From: Gammaproteobacteria bacterium
Lineage (GTDB): Bacteria; Pseudomonadota; Gammaproteobacteria; PIWD01
Assembly: GCA_003354005.1 (NCBI GenBank)
Contig: PIWD01000001.1
Location: 19,489-83,488, forward strand
Length of the DNA: 64,000 bases
Reading direction: 5' to 3'
Positions 50,809-60,862 of the stretch are shown piece by piece. The notes below the pieces were generated by a model. The model saw only the letters and a list, made by a program, of their open reading frames with translations. It searched no databases and was not told the DNA's origin. A program made the translations under genes and the position numbers. Each line of letters begins with the position of its first letter. The stretch's first letter is position 1.

Positions 50809-53694
50809 ATGGGAATACAAAGCGTGTCTGCTGATAATAACCAAAATTATAAAGAAACCTTAAATTTACCTGTCACCAATTTTCCGATGAAGGCTAATTT
50901 AGTACAGCGTGAACCTATACAGCTCAAACACTGGGAGAGCTGGAAGTTATATCAAAAGATGCAGCAAATAGAACCCAAAGAGCCTGTTTTTGTATTGCAT
51001 GATGGCCCTCCGTATGCCAATGGTGACATTCATATTGGTCATGCTTTGAATAAGATTCTAAAAGATACCATTATTAAATCCAAGCGGTTAGCTGGTTATG
51101 CAATTCATTATCGGCCAGGCTGGGATTGTCATGGTTTGCCAATTGAGCTTAATGTTGAAAAAAAAATTGGTCGTCCAGGCCAAAAATTGACAATAGAAGC
51201 TTTTCGTAAATATTGTCGGAAGTATGCTCAAACACAGCTCGAGAAGCAGCGTGATAGCTTTAAACGTCTTGGGGTTATAGGAGACTGGCAACATCCTTAT
51301 CGCACAATGGACTATGATTATGAGGCGAATACCATACGTGCTTTGGCAGATGTAGTAGAGGCAGGTTATTTATCGCGCAATTTTAAGCCAGTGTATTGGT
51401 GCTGTCAGTGTTGCTCGGCTTTAGCTGAGGCTGAAGTTGAATATATGCCTAAGACCTCGCAGGCGATCGATGTTGCTTTTACAGTTATAGACTCTTTAGC
51501 TCTCGCAGCTTGTTTTACCGATCAAGGCGCAGAACAATCAATAATGAGCTTATTGGAGGAGAGTCCCTTGGTATGGATTCCTATTTGGACAACAACACCG
51601 TGGACTCTATTATCGAATCAGGCGCTGGCTGTTCATCCCAATTATAAATACATCCTTCTGCAAGCTAGTTGGCGGGGGAAATCTATACGACTGATTATCG
51701 CTGAAAGTCGTCTTGATGCCCTGGTGTCACATTATCAACTTGAAAAATGCCAACTTTTAGGGAAGCTCCAGGGTAAGCAACTAGAGGGTCTTCTTGTGCA
51801 ACACCCATTGATTGAGAGGCAAGTTCCAGTAGTGCTGGCTGATTACGTGATGCTAGAAGATGGAACGGGTATAGTGCATACGGCACCCGCACACGGTGAA
51901 GATGATTATTGGACAGGCAAAAAATATGATTTGCCGATTACAACACGTCTTAAAGATAATGGCGTATTTGAAGATGAGGAGATTTTTGTGGGTGGTCAGC
52001 ATTTTAGTAAAGCTGATTACTTCATGATCAATCAATTGAAAGAAAAGGGGTGCTTGTTGCAACAAGCCGTAATTGAGCATCGTTACCCACACTGTTGGCG
52101 TCATAAGAAGCCCATTATCTTTAAGGCAACCCCGCAGTGGTTTATTCACCTTGATCATAAAGGACTACGAAAACGTGCCTTACAGGCAATTCAAACAATT
52201 GAATGGATACCTGGCTGGGGTCGTGAGCGTATGCAGAAGATGTTAACTGATCATCCTGATTGGTGTCTTTCACGACAGAATCGAGCTTGGGGGACACCCA
52301 TGGCTCTGTTGCGTCATAAAGAAACTGATGAATTGCATCCTGAAATGCCAAAAATTATGCGAAAAGTTGCCGATCAGGTAGCAGAGAAGGGGATTGATGC
52401 CTGGTCACACTTAAGACTTGAGGATTTGCTGGAACAGAATGAAGTAGCAAGTTATATTAAAGTCGATGATACGCTAGATGTATGGTTTGATTCTGGTGTC
52501 AGTCATACCTGTGTGTTGACAAAAGAAGAGGGCTTGACACTTCCCATTCAACTTTATTTGGAAGGTTCTGACCAATACCGTGGTTGGTTTCAATCCTCAC
52601 TACTGACCTCGCTCATGTTACAGCCACAAGTAGCTTATCGCTGTGTACTAACTCACGGTTTTACGGTGGATGCTACAGGACATAAAATGTCGAAGTCATT
52701 AGGTAATACTATTGCTCCACAAAAAATTGTTCAAAAATTTGGTGCAGATATACTACGCTTGTGGGTTGCATCTGCTGATTATCGTGCTGAGGTGGCAATA
52801 TCTGATGAAATTTTAAGTCGTCTTGTAGATATTTATCGACGCATACGGAATACGGTTCGCTTTTTATTTGCTAATACAGCAGATTTTGAAGTGGGTAAAC
52901 ACAAGATTGCAATTGATGATTGCCTTGAACTTGATCGTTGGATTATCCGTTATGCAGCTAATTTACAGAGCAAATTAGAAGAAGCTTATGCAGCTTATCA
53001 ATTTCACTTGGTTGTCAATGAAGTTCATCAATTTTGTAATCAGGTATTGGGACACTTTTATTTAGACATCATCAAAGACCGACAGTATACCTTGGCCAAA
53101 AATAGCCGAGCACGTCGCTCAGCCCAAATGACCATGTACCATGTCTTACAGGGATTAGTGCGTTGGATTGCTCCGATCTTAAGCTTTACAGCAGAAGAGA
53201 TTTGGAGTTATATGCCAGATGTACTGATGCAATCGGTCTTCTTATCCAACTGGTATAATTTTCCAAGCAGTAAACTCAAACCATCGATCAGTGATCAAAG
53301 CTGGGATTACTTTTTGATGGTCAAAGAATCTGTAAATCTAGCCTTAGAGTCCTTGCGTAGCAGTGGGGGAATCGGCTCTTCGCTACAGGCACGTGTAAAC
53401 CTATATGTTGATCAGGAAGGCTATGCACATTTAGAACAACTCCATGATGAATTACGTTTTCTGCTTATTACCTCAGAAGCACACTTAGAGAAAGACACAA
53501 AACGTCCCAAACAAGCAAGTGCAACAGCGCACAAGGGGCTTTTCTTAATGGTTGAGCCAGTTGCCCACAATAAATGTATACGTTGTTGGCATTATATTGC
53601 TGATGTTGGGCAGAACCAGAAGCATCCCCAGCTATGTCAGCGTTGCATCATGAATTTAAGCCTTAGCAATGAAGAATCGCGTTATTATGTCTAG
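50809..53694 (+). CDS. ileS: Isoleucyl-tRNA synthetase
   Basis: HIGH (PYANGDIHIGH) and KMSKS motifs, C-terminal Zn-binding Cys; start ambiguous (GTG 50785 / ATG 50797 / ATG 50809). Confidence 0.9.
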   Translation: MGIQSVSADNNQNYKETLNLPVTNFPMKANLVQREPIQLKHWESWKLYQKMQQIEPKEPVFVLHDGPPYANGDIHIGHALNKILKDTIIKSKRLAGYAIHYRPGWDCHGLPIELNVEKKIGRPGQKLTIEAFRKYCRKYAQTQLEKQRDSFKRLGVIGDWQHPYRTMDYDYEANTIRALADVVEAGYLSRNFKPVYWCCQCCSALAEAEVEYMPKTSQAIDVAFTVIDSLALAACFTDQGAEQSIMSLLEESPLVWIPIWTTTPWTLLSNQALAVHPNYKYILLQASWRGKSIRLIIAESRLDALVSHYQLEKCQLLGKLQGKQLEGLLVQHPLIERQVPVVLADYVMLEDGTGIVHTAPAHGEDDYWTGKKYDLPITTRLKDNGVFEDEEIFVGGQHFSKADYFMINQLKEKGCLLQQAVIEHRYPHCWRHKKPIIFKATPQWFIHLDHKGLRKRALQAIQTIEWIPGWGRERMQKMLTDHPDWCLSRQNRAWGTPMALLRHKETDELHPEMPKIMRKVADQVAEKGIDAWSHLRLEDLLEQNEVASYIKVDDTLDVWFDSGVSHTCVLTKEEGLTLPIQLYLEGSDQYRGWFQSSLLTSLMLQPQVAYRCVLTHGFTVDATGHKMSKSLGNTIAPQKIVQKFGADILRLWVASADYRAEVAISDEILSRLVDIYRRIRNTVRFLFANTADFEVGKHKIAIDDCLELDRWIIRYAANLQSKLEEAYAAYQFHLVVNEVHQFCNQVLGHFYLDIIKDRQYTLAKNSRARRSAQMTMYHVLQGLVRWIAPILSFTAEEIWSYMPDVLMQSVFLSNWYNFPSSKLKPSISDQSWDYFLMVKESVNLALESLRSSGGIGSSLQARVNLYVDQEGYAHLEQLHDELRFLLITSEAHLEKDTKRPKQASATAHKGLFLMVEPVAHNKCIRCWHYIADVGQNQKHPQLCQRCIMNLSLSNEESRYYV

Positions 53695-54172
53695 TTTGTT
53701 GCAACAAATTGACCAATCACGCGATGTCCGCCCTTATACCATTATCCTATTGGTAGGCTGTGATCAAATTACTAAATACTTAGCACAACTTTATTTAGTA
53801 GCGAAGCCACTGGTTTTGCTGCCAACCGTGAGCCTTATCCTAGCCCATAACCGTGGTGCAGCCTTTAGTCTGCTAGCTAGGGCGGGTGGTTGGAGTGAGA
53901 TTTTTTTCATTTCCTTATCCACTATTATCGCAAGTATTATCTTATACCTGTATTTTTACAAACCATTACAAAACCCTTGCACGCGTAGTGGTAGTGCCTT
54001 TATATTAGCTGGTATTTTTGGTAATTTTTATGATCGTTTGAACCACGGTTATGTCATTGATTTTATCGCTTTGCATTGGCATCAGTGGTACTGGCCAATT
54101 TTTAATCTAGCAGATACAGCCTTATGTCTCGGTGTTTTCTGTTTATGGCTAGCACAATTTTTTGATAAATAA
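53669..54172 (+). CDS. lspA: Lipoprotein signal peptidase II
   Basis: 167 aa, 4 TM, conserved ileS-lspA arrangement, NRGAAFS / FNLAD motifs. Confidence 0.8.
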   Translation: MKNRVIMSSLLQQIDQSRDVRPYTIILLVGCDQITKYLAQLYLVAKPLVLLPTVSLILAHNRGAAFSLLARAGGWSEIFFISLSTIIASIILYLYFYKPLQNPCTRSGSAFILAGIFGNFYDRLNHGYVIDFIALHWHQWYWPIFNLADTALCLGVFCLWLAQFFDK

Positions 54173-54253
54173 GCACCTATTCAAGCTCAAAGCACAACAC
54201 TCCCATTTATTTTAAACATAAACATAGGTTCAGCAAGCCTATTATATCGAAAG

Positions 54254-54330
54254 GTAGTTGTAATCAGACATCTACGGGTCGTAAGAGTCCATTACTAGAA
54301 CAATTAGCGACTGTTTATCGGAGGGGGGAG
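54254..54330. repeat. Dispersed intergenic repeat, copy B4 (Y-module)
   Basis: GTAGTTGTAATCAGACATCTACGGGTCGTAAGAG...CTAGAACA.TTAG matches the reverse complement of 10160-10234. Confidence 0.55.
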
Positions 54331-54436
54331 TACGTCACGATTGGTTAGCAGAAAGGTTGTAGTGTTTGACTACGGTATTGTGTGTAAGGTGTCAATCTTT
54401 ATGATAGTGACCTCAGTCTGAAGTAGTGGAGATAGC

Positions 54437-55948
54437 ATGGTACAATTGGCAACATTACAAACACGTGCTTTAGTCGGTTTGCAGGCACCTTTAGTTGTGG
54501 TGGAAGTACATATTTCTAACGGGTTGCCAGCTTTTTCTATGGTTGGATTGCCAGAGAAAGCTGTGCGTGAGAGTAAGGAGCGTGTGCGCAGTGCCTTATT
54601 AAATAGTGGCTTTAAGTTCCCTAATCGTCGTATTACCGTAAATTTAGCACCTGCAGAGTTCCCAAAACAGGGTAGTCGCTTTGATTTAGCGATTGCATTA
54701 GGGGTATTGATTGCAACACAGCAATTGAGGTGTGAGACGATCTGTGATTATGAATTTATCGGAGAATTGACTTTGTCGGGACATCTACAACCCGTTTATG
54801 GGGCATTATCTACTGCACTTGCGACTACCAAGTTAGCACGTTCATTAGTGTTGCCTAAAGAAAATGCTGAGATTGCTTCATTGGTCGTGGATGCCTGTAT
54901 TTTGCCAGCTAACCATTTATTGGAGGTTTGCCAACATTTGACAGAACAGAAAGCTCTAACAATTTTCAAAGCGGAGCAGGTAATTGATAAGCCTTCTGGT
55001 CAAGAAAATAAGCTTGATTTGGCTGATGTGCAGGGTCATGCACATGCGAAGCGAGTCCTCGAAATTGCTGCTGCTGGTCAACATAATTTGCTAATGGTAG
55101 GACCACCTGGAAGTGGCAAAACCATGTTGGCGCAGTGTCTGCCATCGATTTTGCCTGATTTAAGCTCCATACAAGCCTGTGAAGTATTGAGTATCTATGC
55201 CTTACGTCAGAAATTAACCAATCGACAAAAAGAGGTGCCATTCCGCCAGCCACATCATAGCAGTTCGATGCAGGCATTGGTAGGTGGTGGTTCACCACCA
55301 CAACCAGGTGAGATTTCTCTAGCACATCACGGTGTATTATTTCTGGATGAGCTAGGTGAATTCACAAGAAATGCGTTAGAAGCTTTACGTGAACCCATGG
55401 AGCAGCGCGAAATTAATATTGCACGCTGCGGATACCACACAACTTTCCCTTGCAATTTTCAACTGATTGCAGCAATGAATCCATGTGCTTGCGGATATAG
55501 TAATAGTTCCCAACCCTGTCGTTGTGGTATTGCTGCCCTTAGGCGTTATCAGCAAAAACTTTCTGGGCCACTGATTAATCGGTTTGATTTGCAGGTTGAT
55601 GTGCCCATCCCTGATTTAAAAAAATTACGCATGGCTTCGGTTTTATCGCATGAGAGTAGTCAAATTGTTAAACAGCGTGTTGTTGAAGCGCGTCAACGAC
55701 AAGAAAAGCGCCAAAAAATATTGAATGTAGCACTGAATAACCGTATGTTAAAAAAAATGATTCAATTGACTGATACAGGTGAGTCATTTATTGATCATAG
55801 CGTACAAAAATTAAATATTTCACCCAGACGATACTATAAAATGTTAAAAGTAGCACGCACAATCGCTGATCTTGACGATTGTACACAAATTAACCAACAG
55901 CATTTGAGTGAAGCACTTGGCTTGCAACCGATATGGCACGAGTTTTAA
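54437..55948 (+). CDS. comM: YifB/ComM family Mg-chelatase-like AAA+ ATPase
   Basis: 503 aa; Walker A GPPGSGKT, Walker B LFLDELGEF, C-terminal Mg-chelatase ChlI-like region. Confidence 0.8.
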   Translation: MVQLATLQTRALVGLQAPLVVVEVHISNGLPAFSMVGLPEKAVRESKERVRSALLNSGFKFPNRRITVNLAPAEFPKQGSRFDLAIALGVLIATQQLRCETICDYEFIGELTLSGHLQPVYGALSTALATTKLARSLVLPKENAEIASLVVDACILPANHLLEVCQHLTEQKALTIFKAEQVIDKPSGQENKLDLADVQGHAHAKRVLEIAAAGQHNLLMVGPPGSGKTMLAQCLPSILPDLSSIQACEVLSIYALRQKLTNRQKEVPFRQPHHSSSMQALVGGGSPPQPGEISLAHHGVLFLDELGEFTRNALEALREPMEQREINIARCGYHTTFPCNFQLIAAMNPCACGYSNSSQPCRCGIAALRRYQQKLSGPLINRFDLQVDVPIPDLKKLRMASVLSHESSQIVKQRVVEARQRQEKRQKILNVALNNRMLKKMIQLTDTGESFIDHSVQKLNISPRRYYKMLKVARTIADLDDCTQINQQHLSEALGLQPIWHEF

Positions 55949-56020
55949 AGTAATATTAGGTTGCTGATGGGTTAATAACAGGATTAAATAATCTATTATA
56001 AGCTGAGATAATCTATACTT

Positions 56021-56143
56021 ATGAGACGATTTGTCAAAATAGGTGAAGCAGCAAGGCTTTTGGGCTCAAATTCCTCGATATTCAGAAAGTGGGAGTCAAC
56101 AGGGGAGCTGCAACATGCAAAAAACAAGAAATTTCCCAGATAA
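56021..56143 (+). pseudogene. Truncated MerR/AlpA-type HTH (excisionase or IS607-TnpA N-terminus-like) ORF remnant
   Basis: 40-aa ORF MRRFVKIGEAARLLGSNSSIFRKWESTGELQHAKNKKFPR*: I.EAA.LLG.S...(I/L).RW...G.(L/F)P pattern of phage Xis/AlpA HTH; ends before the expected C-terminal wing. Confidence 0.4.
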
Positions 56144-56303
56144 TTAAAAAAATAGTAATGTGACAAAATATGGCGTGGAGTTAGCATGCATGGGGGACGA
56201 TGAACCTGTCGATTTTTATACGAACTGATTAATAGTTAGACTCCCTTCATTTAGTTTTTGAAATATGCCAAATTTTTCCTTGCAAAGTGTAAATTATTTG
56301 TAA

Positions 56304-56777
56304 TTGGGTGAGGGATGGGACTTCCTAGTGGTGTGTCTCACTATTTTGGCATTTATGTTTAATGAAGTTTATGCGGTATTTAAAAATATGTTTGGAAAGA
56401 AAAAGAATAATAATAAGAATAATAAGAATAATAAGAATAAGAAGGATGAGGTTGCTGAGGCTAATGCTAGGGCTAAGAAGGCTGAGGCTAAGGCTAATGT
56501 TGCTGCACCTAAGAGTAGTAAGACCTGGAAAGCAAGTATTCTTGGTATGCTTAGGACATTGTCACTTGGGGAATGGAGCGCATGGATACTAATGCATGTG
56601 CTTTACAAATCATCGGTGCTTATACTTATTGCAGTTACACTTATCATTGCTGCACTTTTTATGTCACCAGGGGCTGTGGTATTCATAGTACCGGCTTTCT
56701 TTGCTATAGTGGGTGGCGTTGTACTGCTCGTCTGGATAGGCAACTGTATGCACAATATTGTTGGGGGGGAAGGCTGA
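56304..56777 (+). CDS. Hypothetical small membrane protein with Lys/Asn-rich low-complexity N-terminal region
   Basis: 157 aa; KKKNNNKNNKNNKNKK encoded by (AATAATAAG)n-like repeat at about 56400-56440; KAEAKAN; two C-terminal TM helices. Confidence 0.4.
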   Translation: MGEGWDFLVVCLTILAFMFNEVYAVFKNMFGKKKNNNKNNKNNKNKKDEVAEANARAKKAEAKANVAAPKSSKTWKASILGMLRTLSLGEWSAWILMHVLYKSSVLILIAVTLIIAALFMSPGAVVFIVPAFFAIVGGVVLLVWIGNCMHNIVGGEG

Positions 56778-57324
56778 TTATGAGAACAAAAATTTAAAGG
56801 CTAGCCATCTGACAATTTTAGTGGCAGGTATACTTGTTATTTTGGGTATCATTCTTTTTGTTCTACAACCTTCGTTAGTGATAGTAGCTCTCATGTTTTT
56901 TGTTGTGTGCTTTCCAATTTTATTAACAAGCTTCTTTATGTCCTCCAAGCAGGATACGAGTTCTGAGATTAAGAATATCACCTGTATCAATATCAATGGG
57001 ACGCAGATTCTAGTAAATGGCGCTCCTATTGTTGTAGGTGGCGCTCCTATTGTTGTAGGTGGCACTCCTAAGGTTAAGGATAATAGTACCTCCTCCTTGG
57101 TAACAGAGCCTCGCCTTGTTCCGATCCCACAAAGTAAAGATGATATTTTCCCGCAGTTCTTTGCCCCCACCCCCATCGCCTTCGTGAACCAAAATAATGG
57201 CCAACAAAATCAAGCCGACGTTGCTCCCTTCAACTCGAACAAAAAAGGTGGTTGGGACTCCCACCCAGTGGAAACAGGTGGCGTAGCAAGTAAGGGGGAA
57301 AGTTTGTGGGAGGGCAACAAATAA
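56758..57324 (+). CDS. Hypothetical membrane-anchored protein with duplicated GAPIVVG motif
   Basis: 188 aa; N-terminal 2 TM; 21-bp tandem duplication GGCGCTCCTATTGTTGTAGGT x2 at 57018-57059; Gln/Asn/Gly-rich tail. Confidence 0.4.
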   Translation: MLGGKADYENKNLKASHLTILVAGILVILGIILFVLQPSLVIVALMFFVVCFPILLTSFFMSSKQDTSSEIKNITCININGTQILVNGAPIVVGGAPIVVGGTPKVKDNSTSSLVTEPRLVPIPQSKDDIFPQFFAPTPIAFVNQNNGQQNQADVAPFNSNKKGGWDSHPVETGGVASKGESLWEGNK

Positions 57325-57341
57325 TCATTCTGTAATTTTAT

Positions 57342-57371
57342 CCGACATTCAGTACTATATTTGAATGTCGG
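57342..57371 (+). terminator. Hairpin (10-bp stem) candidate terminator
   Basis: CCGACATTCA-gtactatatt-TGAATGTCGG. Confidence 0.4.
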
Positions 57372-57632
57372 GTAAGTTTGCCCTTGTTAACTAAGGGATA
57401 AGAATATATTCTAATTTTATTTTTCTCAACCAGTATAGATATCACTAATATTCTAAGATAATTCTTGCCCAACAGTTCAATAAGCTTCTTCTGTGGTGCT
57501 GAATGCCGTTTAATACATATTGTTTTAGCAATAAGAATCCTTTTTTGGAGAGTAGAGGATGTCAGCTAGACTAAGTCAAACTATTTAACTATAATACTGG
57601 TTTTGGTTTTTATGAACAATAAGGAGTCAGTT

Positions 57633-57887
57633 ATGTCTAGAACAGTTGAAGAACGTGTGTGTATGGTTGTTACCGAGCAACTTAATGTTAAAGAAGAGCA
57701 ACTTGCTAATAAAGATGTTTCTTTTATTAAAGATTTAGGTGCTGACTCACTTGATACGGTAGAGTTAGTGATGGCACTTGAAGAAGAGTTTAATACAGAA
57801 ATTCCTGATGAGGATGCTGGAGCAATTACAACACTTCGTGAAGCAATAGCTTATATCAAAGCAAATGTTAAACTTGACACTGACTAA
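57633..57887 (+). CDS. acpP: Acyl carrier protein
   Basis: [20 protein letters not shown] phosphopantetheine-attachment motif; start placed at MSRTVEERV. Confidence 0.9.
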   Translation: MSRTVEERVCMVVTEQLNVKEEQLANKDVSFIKDLGADSLDTVELVMALEEEFNTEIPDEDAGAITTLREAIAYIKANVKLDTD

Positions 57888-57902
57888 GTGTACGGTCATT
57901 CA

Positions 57903-59135
57903 ATGAATAAACGGAGGGTTGTTGTAACGGGTTTGGGTCTTGTGACAGCCCTTGGATCTGATCCAGAGCTTGTGTGGCAGAAAGTGTTACGTGGTAAAAG
58001 TGGTGTCTGTGTATTTACGCATCTTCAGGTTGATCGTTTGCGTACACGTATTGCTGCCGTGGTGAATGATTTTTTTCCTGATCCTTATGTTACAAAAAAG
58101 GAGCAGCGCCAGTTCGATTTATTTATTCAATATGGCATCGTTGCAGCGATGAATGCTTTAAAAGATGCTAACTTTAGTATTGATGAAGACAATGCAACCC
58201 GTGTTGGCATTGCTATTGGTTCGGGCATCGGTGGTTTGACAACCATTGAAGCAAATCATAGTATTGCACTAAATAAGGGTGTGAATCGTATATTACCTTC
58301 CTTTATTCCAGGTACTATCGTAAATATGCTGCCTGGTTTGATTTCCATTAAAATAGGTGCACGTGGCCCTAATTTTTCGGTAGTCAGTGCTTGTGCTACA
58401 TCTAATCATAATATTGTTTGTGCTAAGAACCTTATTACATGTGGTGATGCAGACGTTATGATTGTTGGTGGTTCTGAGAAAGCTAGCACCTTATTGGGTA
58501 TTGGCGGATTTTCTGCCATGCGAGCTATGTCGACACGCAATGATCAACCAAAAAAAGCGAGTCGCCCTTGGGATAAAGATCGTGATGGCTTTGTATTAGG
58601 TGATGGTGCTGCTATTTTGGTGCTTGAAGAGTACGAACATGCAAAGTTACGTGATGCCTCCATCTATGCTGAACTTGTGGGTTCGGGTATGAGTTCAGAT
58701 GCCTATCACATCACTTCACCTAAGGCTGATGGTTCTACGTTAGCGATGAAACTTGCTTGTGAAAAAGCAGGTATCGTGCCTGAAGAAATCCAATACATTA
58801 ATGCGCACGCAACGTCAACGCAAGCTGGTGATATTGCGGAGGTCGCGGCTATCAAGCAAGTATTTGGTAATCATGCTGCCCGTTTAGCTGTGAGTTCGAC
58901 TAAATCAATGACGGGACATCTATTGGGTGCGGCAGGTGCATTGGAATCTATTTTTTCGATATTGGCACTGCGTGATCAAATCATACCACCCACCATTAAC
59001 TTAGATCATCCCGATGAGGGGTGTGATCTTGATTTTGTGCCTCATAAGGCTCAGAGGCGTGAATTATCCCATGTATTGACCAACTCATTTGGTTTTGGCG
59101 GGACAAATGTTAGCCTAATTTTCAAGCGTATTTAG
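57903..59135 (+). CDS. fabF: 3-oxoacyl-ACP synthase II
   Basis: [11 protein letters not shown]-terminus, active-site Cys (SACATS), His-His ([15 protein letters not shown]) motifs. Confidence 0.9.
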   Translation: MNKRRVVVTGLGLVTALGSDPELVWQKVLRGKSGVCVFTHLQVDRLRTRIAAVVNDFFPDPYVTKKEQRQFDLFIQYGIVAAMNALKDANFSIDEDNATRVGIAIGSGIGGLTTIEANHSIALNKGVNRILPSFIPGTIVNMLPGLISIKIGARGPNFSVVSACATSNHNIVCAKNLITCGDADVMIVGGSEKASTLLGIGGFSAMRAMSTRNDQPKKASRPWDKDRDGFVLGDGAAILVLEEYEHAKLRDASIYAELVGSGMSSDAYHITSPKADGSTLAMKLACEKAGIVPEEIQYINAHATSTQAGDIAEVAAIKQVFGNHAARLAVSSTKSMTGHLLGAAGALESIFSILALRDQIIPPTINLDHPDEGCDLDFVPHKAQRRELSHVLTNSFGFGGTNVSLIFKRI

Positions 59136-59143
59136 GGAAGCGT

Positions 59144-60187
59144 GTGTATCTTAAGCTTATCGAGTGGTTTCGTAAGCGATCTTTAAGTTGTTATTTGGCA
59201 GGAATCGTCGCATTATGCACAGTCTTAGTATTGGCTTTATTTTATTGCATGCCAGTACATAAAAATTTGTTGAAAGAAACCTGCTTTATCTTTCGACCAG
59301 GACAATCAGTTCGACAACTTGCTTTTGACTTAGAAAAGCGAGGCTTACTTGATCATCCTTATTTTTTCATTATTCTGGCACGCGTAACGGGTGTATCGCA
59401 TCATCTACAGGCTGGTCAGTATTGTGTACTACCTGGAATGCGTGTTTGGCAATTAAACAGCAATCTAGCTCATGGTCGAACGAAAATTTATACCATCACA
59501 TTTATTGAAGGATGGAACTTTAAGCAAATTCGAGAAGTACTTTCAGAGTCTCCAGCACTAAGACACCTTATCAAACATAAGTCTGAACCAGATGTAATGC
59601 AATTAATAGGCCATCCACAGAAACGGATTGAAGGATATCTTTTTCCGACGACATATTATTTTAATTGGCAAGCTAGCGACGTATCTATACTACGACGTGC
59701 TTACCAATATATGCAGCAATACCTTCTACATGTTTGGGAAAATCGTCAACCTGGACTTCCGTATCAATCTTCTTATCAAGCCCTAATTGTTGCATCATTA
59801 ATTGAGAAAGAGGCAAAAGTTGATGAAGATCGTGCAAAAATTGCTAGCGTGATAATCAACCGCTTAAACAAGGGTATGCGTTTGCAAATGGACAGCACTG
59901 TAATATACGCCTCAGGTAAACGAAACATTAAACAGATCACAAGGGCTGATTTTTTCAGTGTTTCGCCATATAATACATATCGGAAAAGAGGCTTGCCGAT
60001 AACACCCATTGCGATGCCAGGTGCTGCATCAATTTATGCAGCACTGCATCCTCTGCATACGGACTATCTTTATTATGCTCCAGATTATGCTCCAGAGGGG
60101 CACGGTCGTCATGTTTTTTCTCAGTACTTTTCAGAGCACATACGTCTCTTAAAGCATTATTACAGTCGCATACATCGTAAAAAATAA
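59144..60187 (+). CDS. mltG: Endolytic murein transglycosylase MltG (YceG-like)
   Basis: 347 aa, N-terminal TM, YceG-like domain, conserved fabF-(pabC)-mltG-tmk-holB order (no pabC here); GTG start inferred. Confidence 0.75.
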   Translation: MYLKLIEWFRKRSLSCYLAGIVALCTVLVLALFYCMPVHKNLLKETCFIFRPGQSVRQLAFDLEKRGLLDHPYFFIILARVTGVSHHLQAGQYCVLPGMRVWQLNSNLAHGRTKIYTITFIEGWNFKQIREVLSESPALRHLIKHKSEPDVMQLIGHPQKRIEGYLFPTTYYFNWQASDVSILRRAYQYMQQYLLHVWENRQPGLPYQSSYQALIVASLIEKEAKVDEDRAKIASVIINRLNKGMRLQMDSTVIYASGKRNIKQITRADFFSVSPYNTYRKRGLPITPIAMPGAASIYAALHPLHTDYLYYAPDYAPEGHGRHVFSQYFSEHIRLLKHYYSRIHRKK

Positions 60188-60196
60188 GGTATACAG

Positions 60197-60862
60197 ATGT
60201 CAGAATTACCAGACAGCCTTGCTGTACAGCAGGGCAAATTTATCAGCGTTGAGGGCATTGAAGGTGTTGGTAAAAGTACGGTTGTAGATTATTTGGTGGA
60301 TTATTTACAGGCTATTGGTTTTGACATAATAAGATCGCGTGAGCCAGGTGGTTGCATGATTGCAGAAGAGATTCGTCAATTACTCTTAAAAGAGCATCAT
60401 GAACCAATGCATCCACGTACTGAACTACTCTTAATGTTTGCGAGTCGTTCACAACACATGCAGCTAGTTATCTTGCCAGCCTTACAAAGGGGGGCTTGGG
60501 TGGTCTGTGATCGTTTTGTAGATGCGAGCTACGCCTATCAAGGCTTTGGGCATGGTATTGACCTGGAGTATATTGCAAAACTTGATTACTGTGTACTAAA
60601 TGGTTTTAAGTCGAACCTAACCTTATTACTAGACGCACCAGTTGAAGTCGGCTTTAAGCGACTCAATAAACGCGGTCAAGCAAAAGATCGTATTGAAAAT
60701 CAGAGTCTAGCATTCTTTGAGAGAGTACGTGCTGGATACCTAGAACGTGCAAAGCAAGATCCCGATCGTTTTTGTATCATTGATGCAGGGCAATCTTTAC
60801 TCAATGTTCAGAACCAAGTGCAACATATATTGGACTGCTACATAAAAGAACAAGTGCGATGA
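60197..60862 (+). CDS. tmk: Thymidylate kinase
   Basis: GKFISVEGIEGVGKST P-loop, DRF(V/I).S..AYQG, LLD lid pattern. Confidence 0.9.
   Translation: MSELPDSLAVQQGKFISVEGIEGVGKSTVVDYLVDYLQAIGFDIIRSREPGGCMIAEEIRQLLLKEHHEPMHPRTELLLMFASRSQHMQLVILPALQRGAWVVCDRFVDASYAYQGFGHGIDLEYIAKLDYCVLNGFKSNLTLLLDAPVEVGFKRLNKRGQAKDRIENQSLAFFERVRAGYLERAKQDPDRFCIIDAGQSLLNVQNQVQHILDCYIKEQVR

Noticed and set aside
56362-56797. Alternative-frame ORFs (56362-56592, 56573-56797) rich in Arg/Ile/Leu over the microsatellite region
   Set aside because: They are out-of-frame readings of the same SSR-containing segment. The 56304-56777 frame has the better start context and a coherent TM region.
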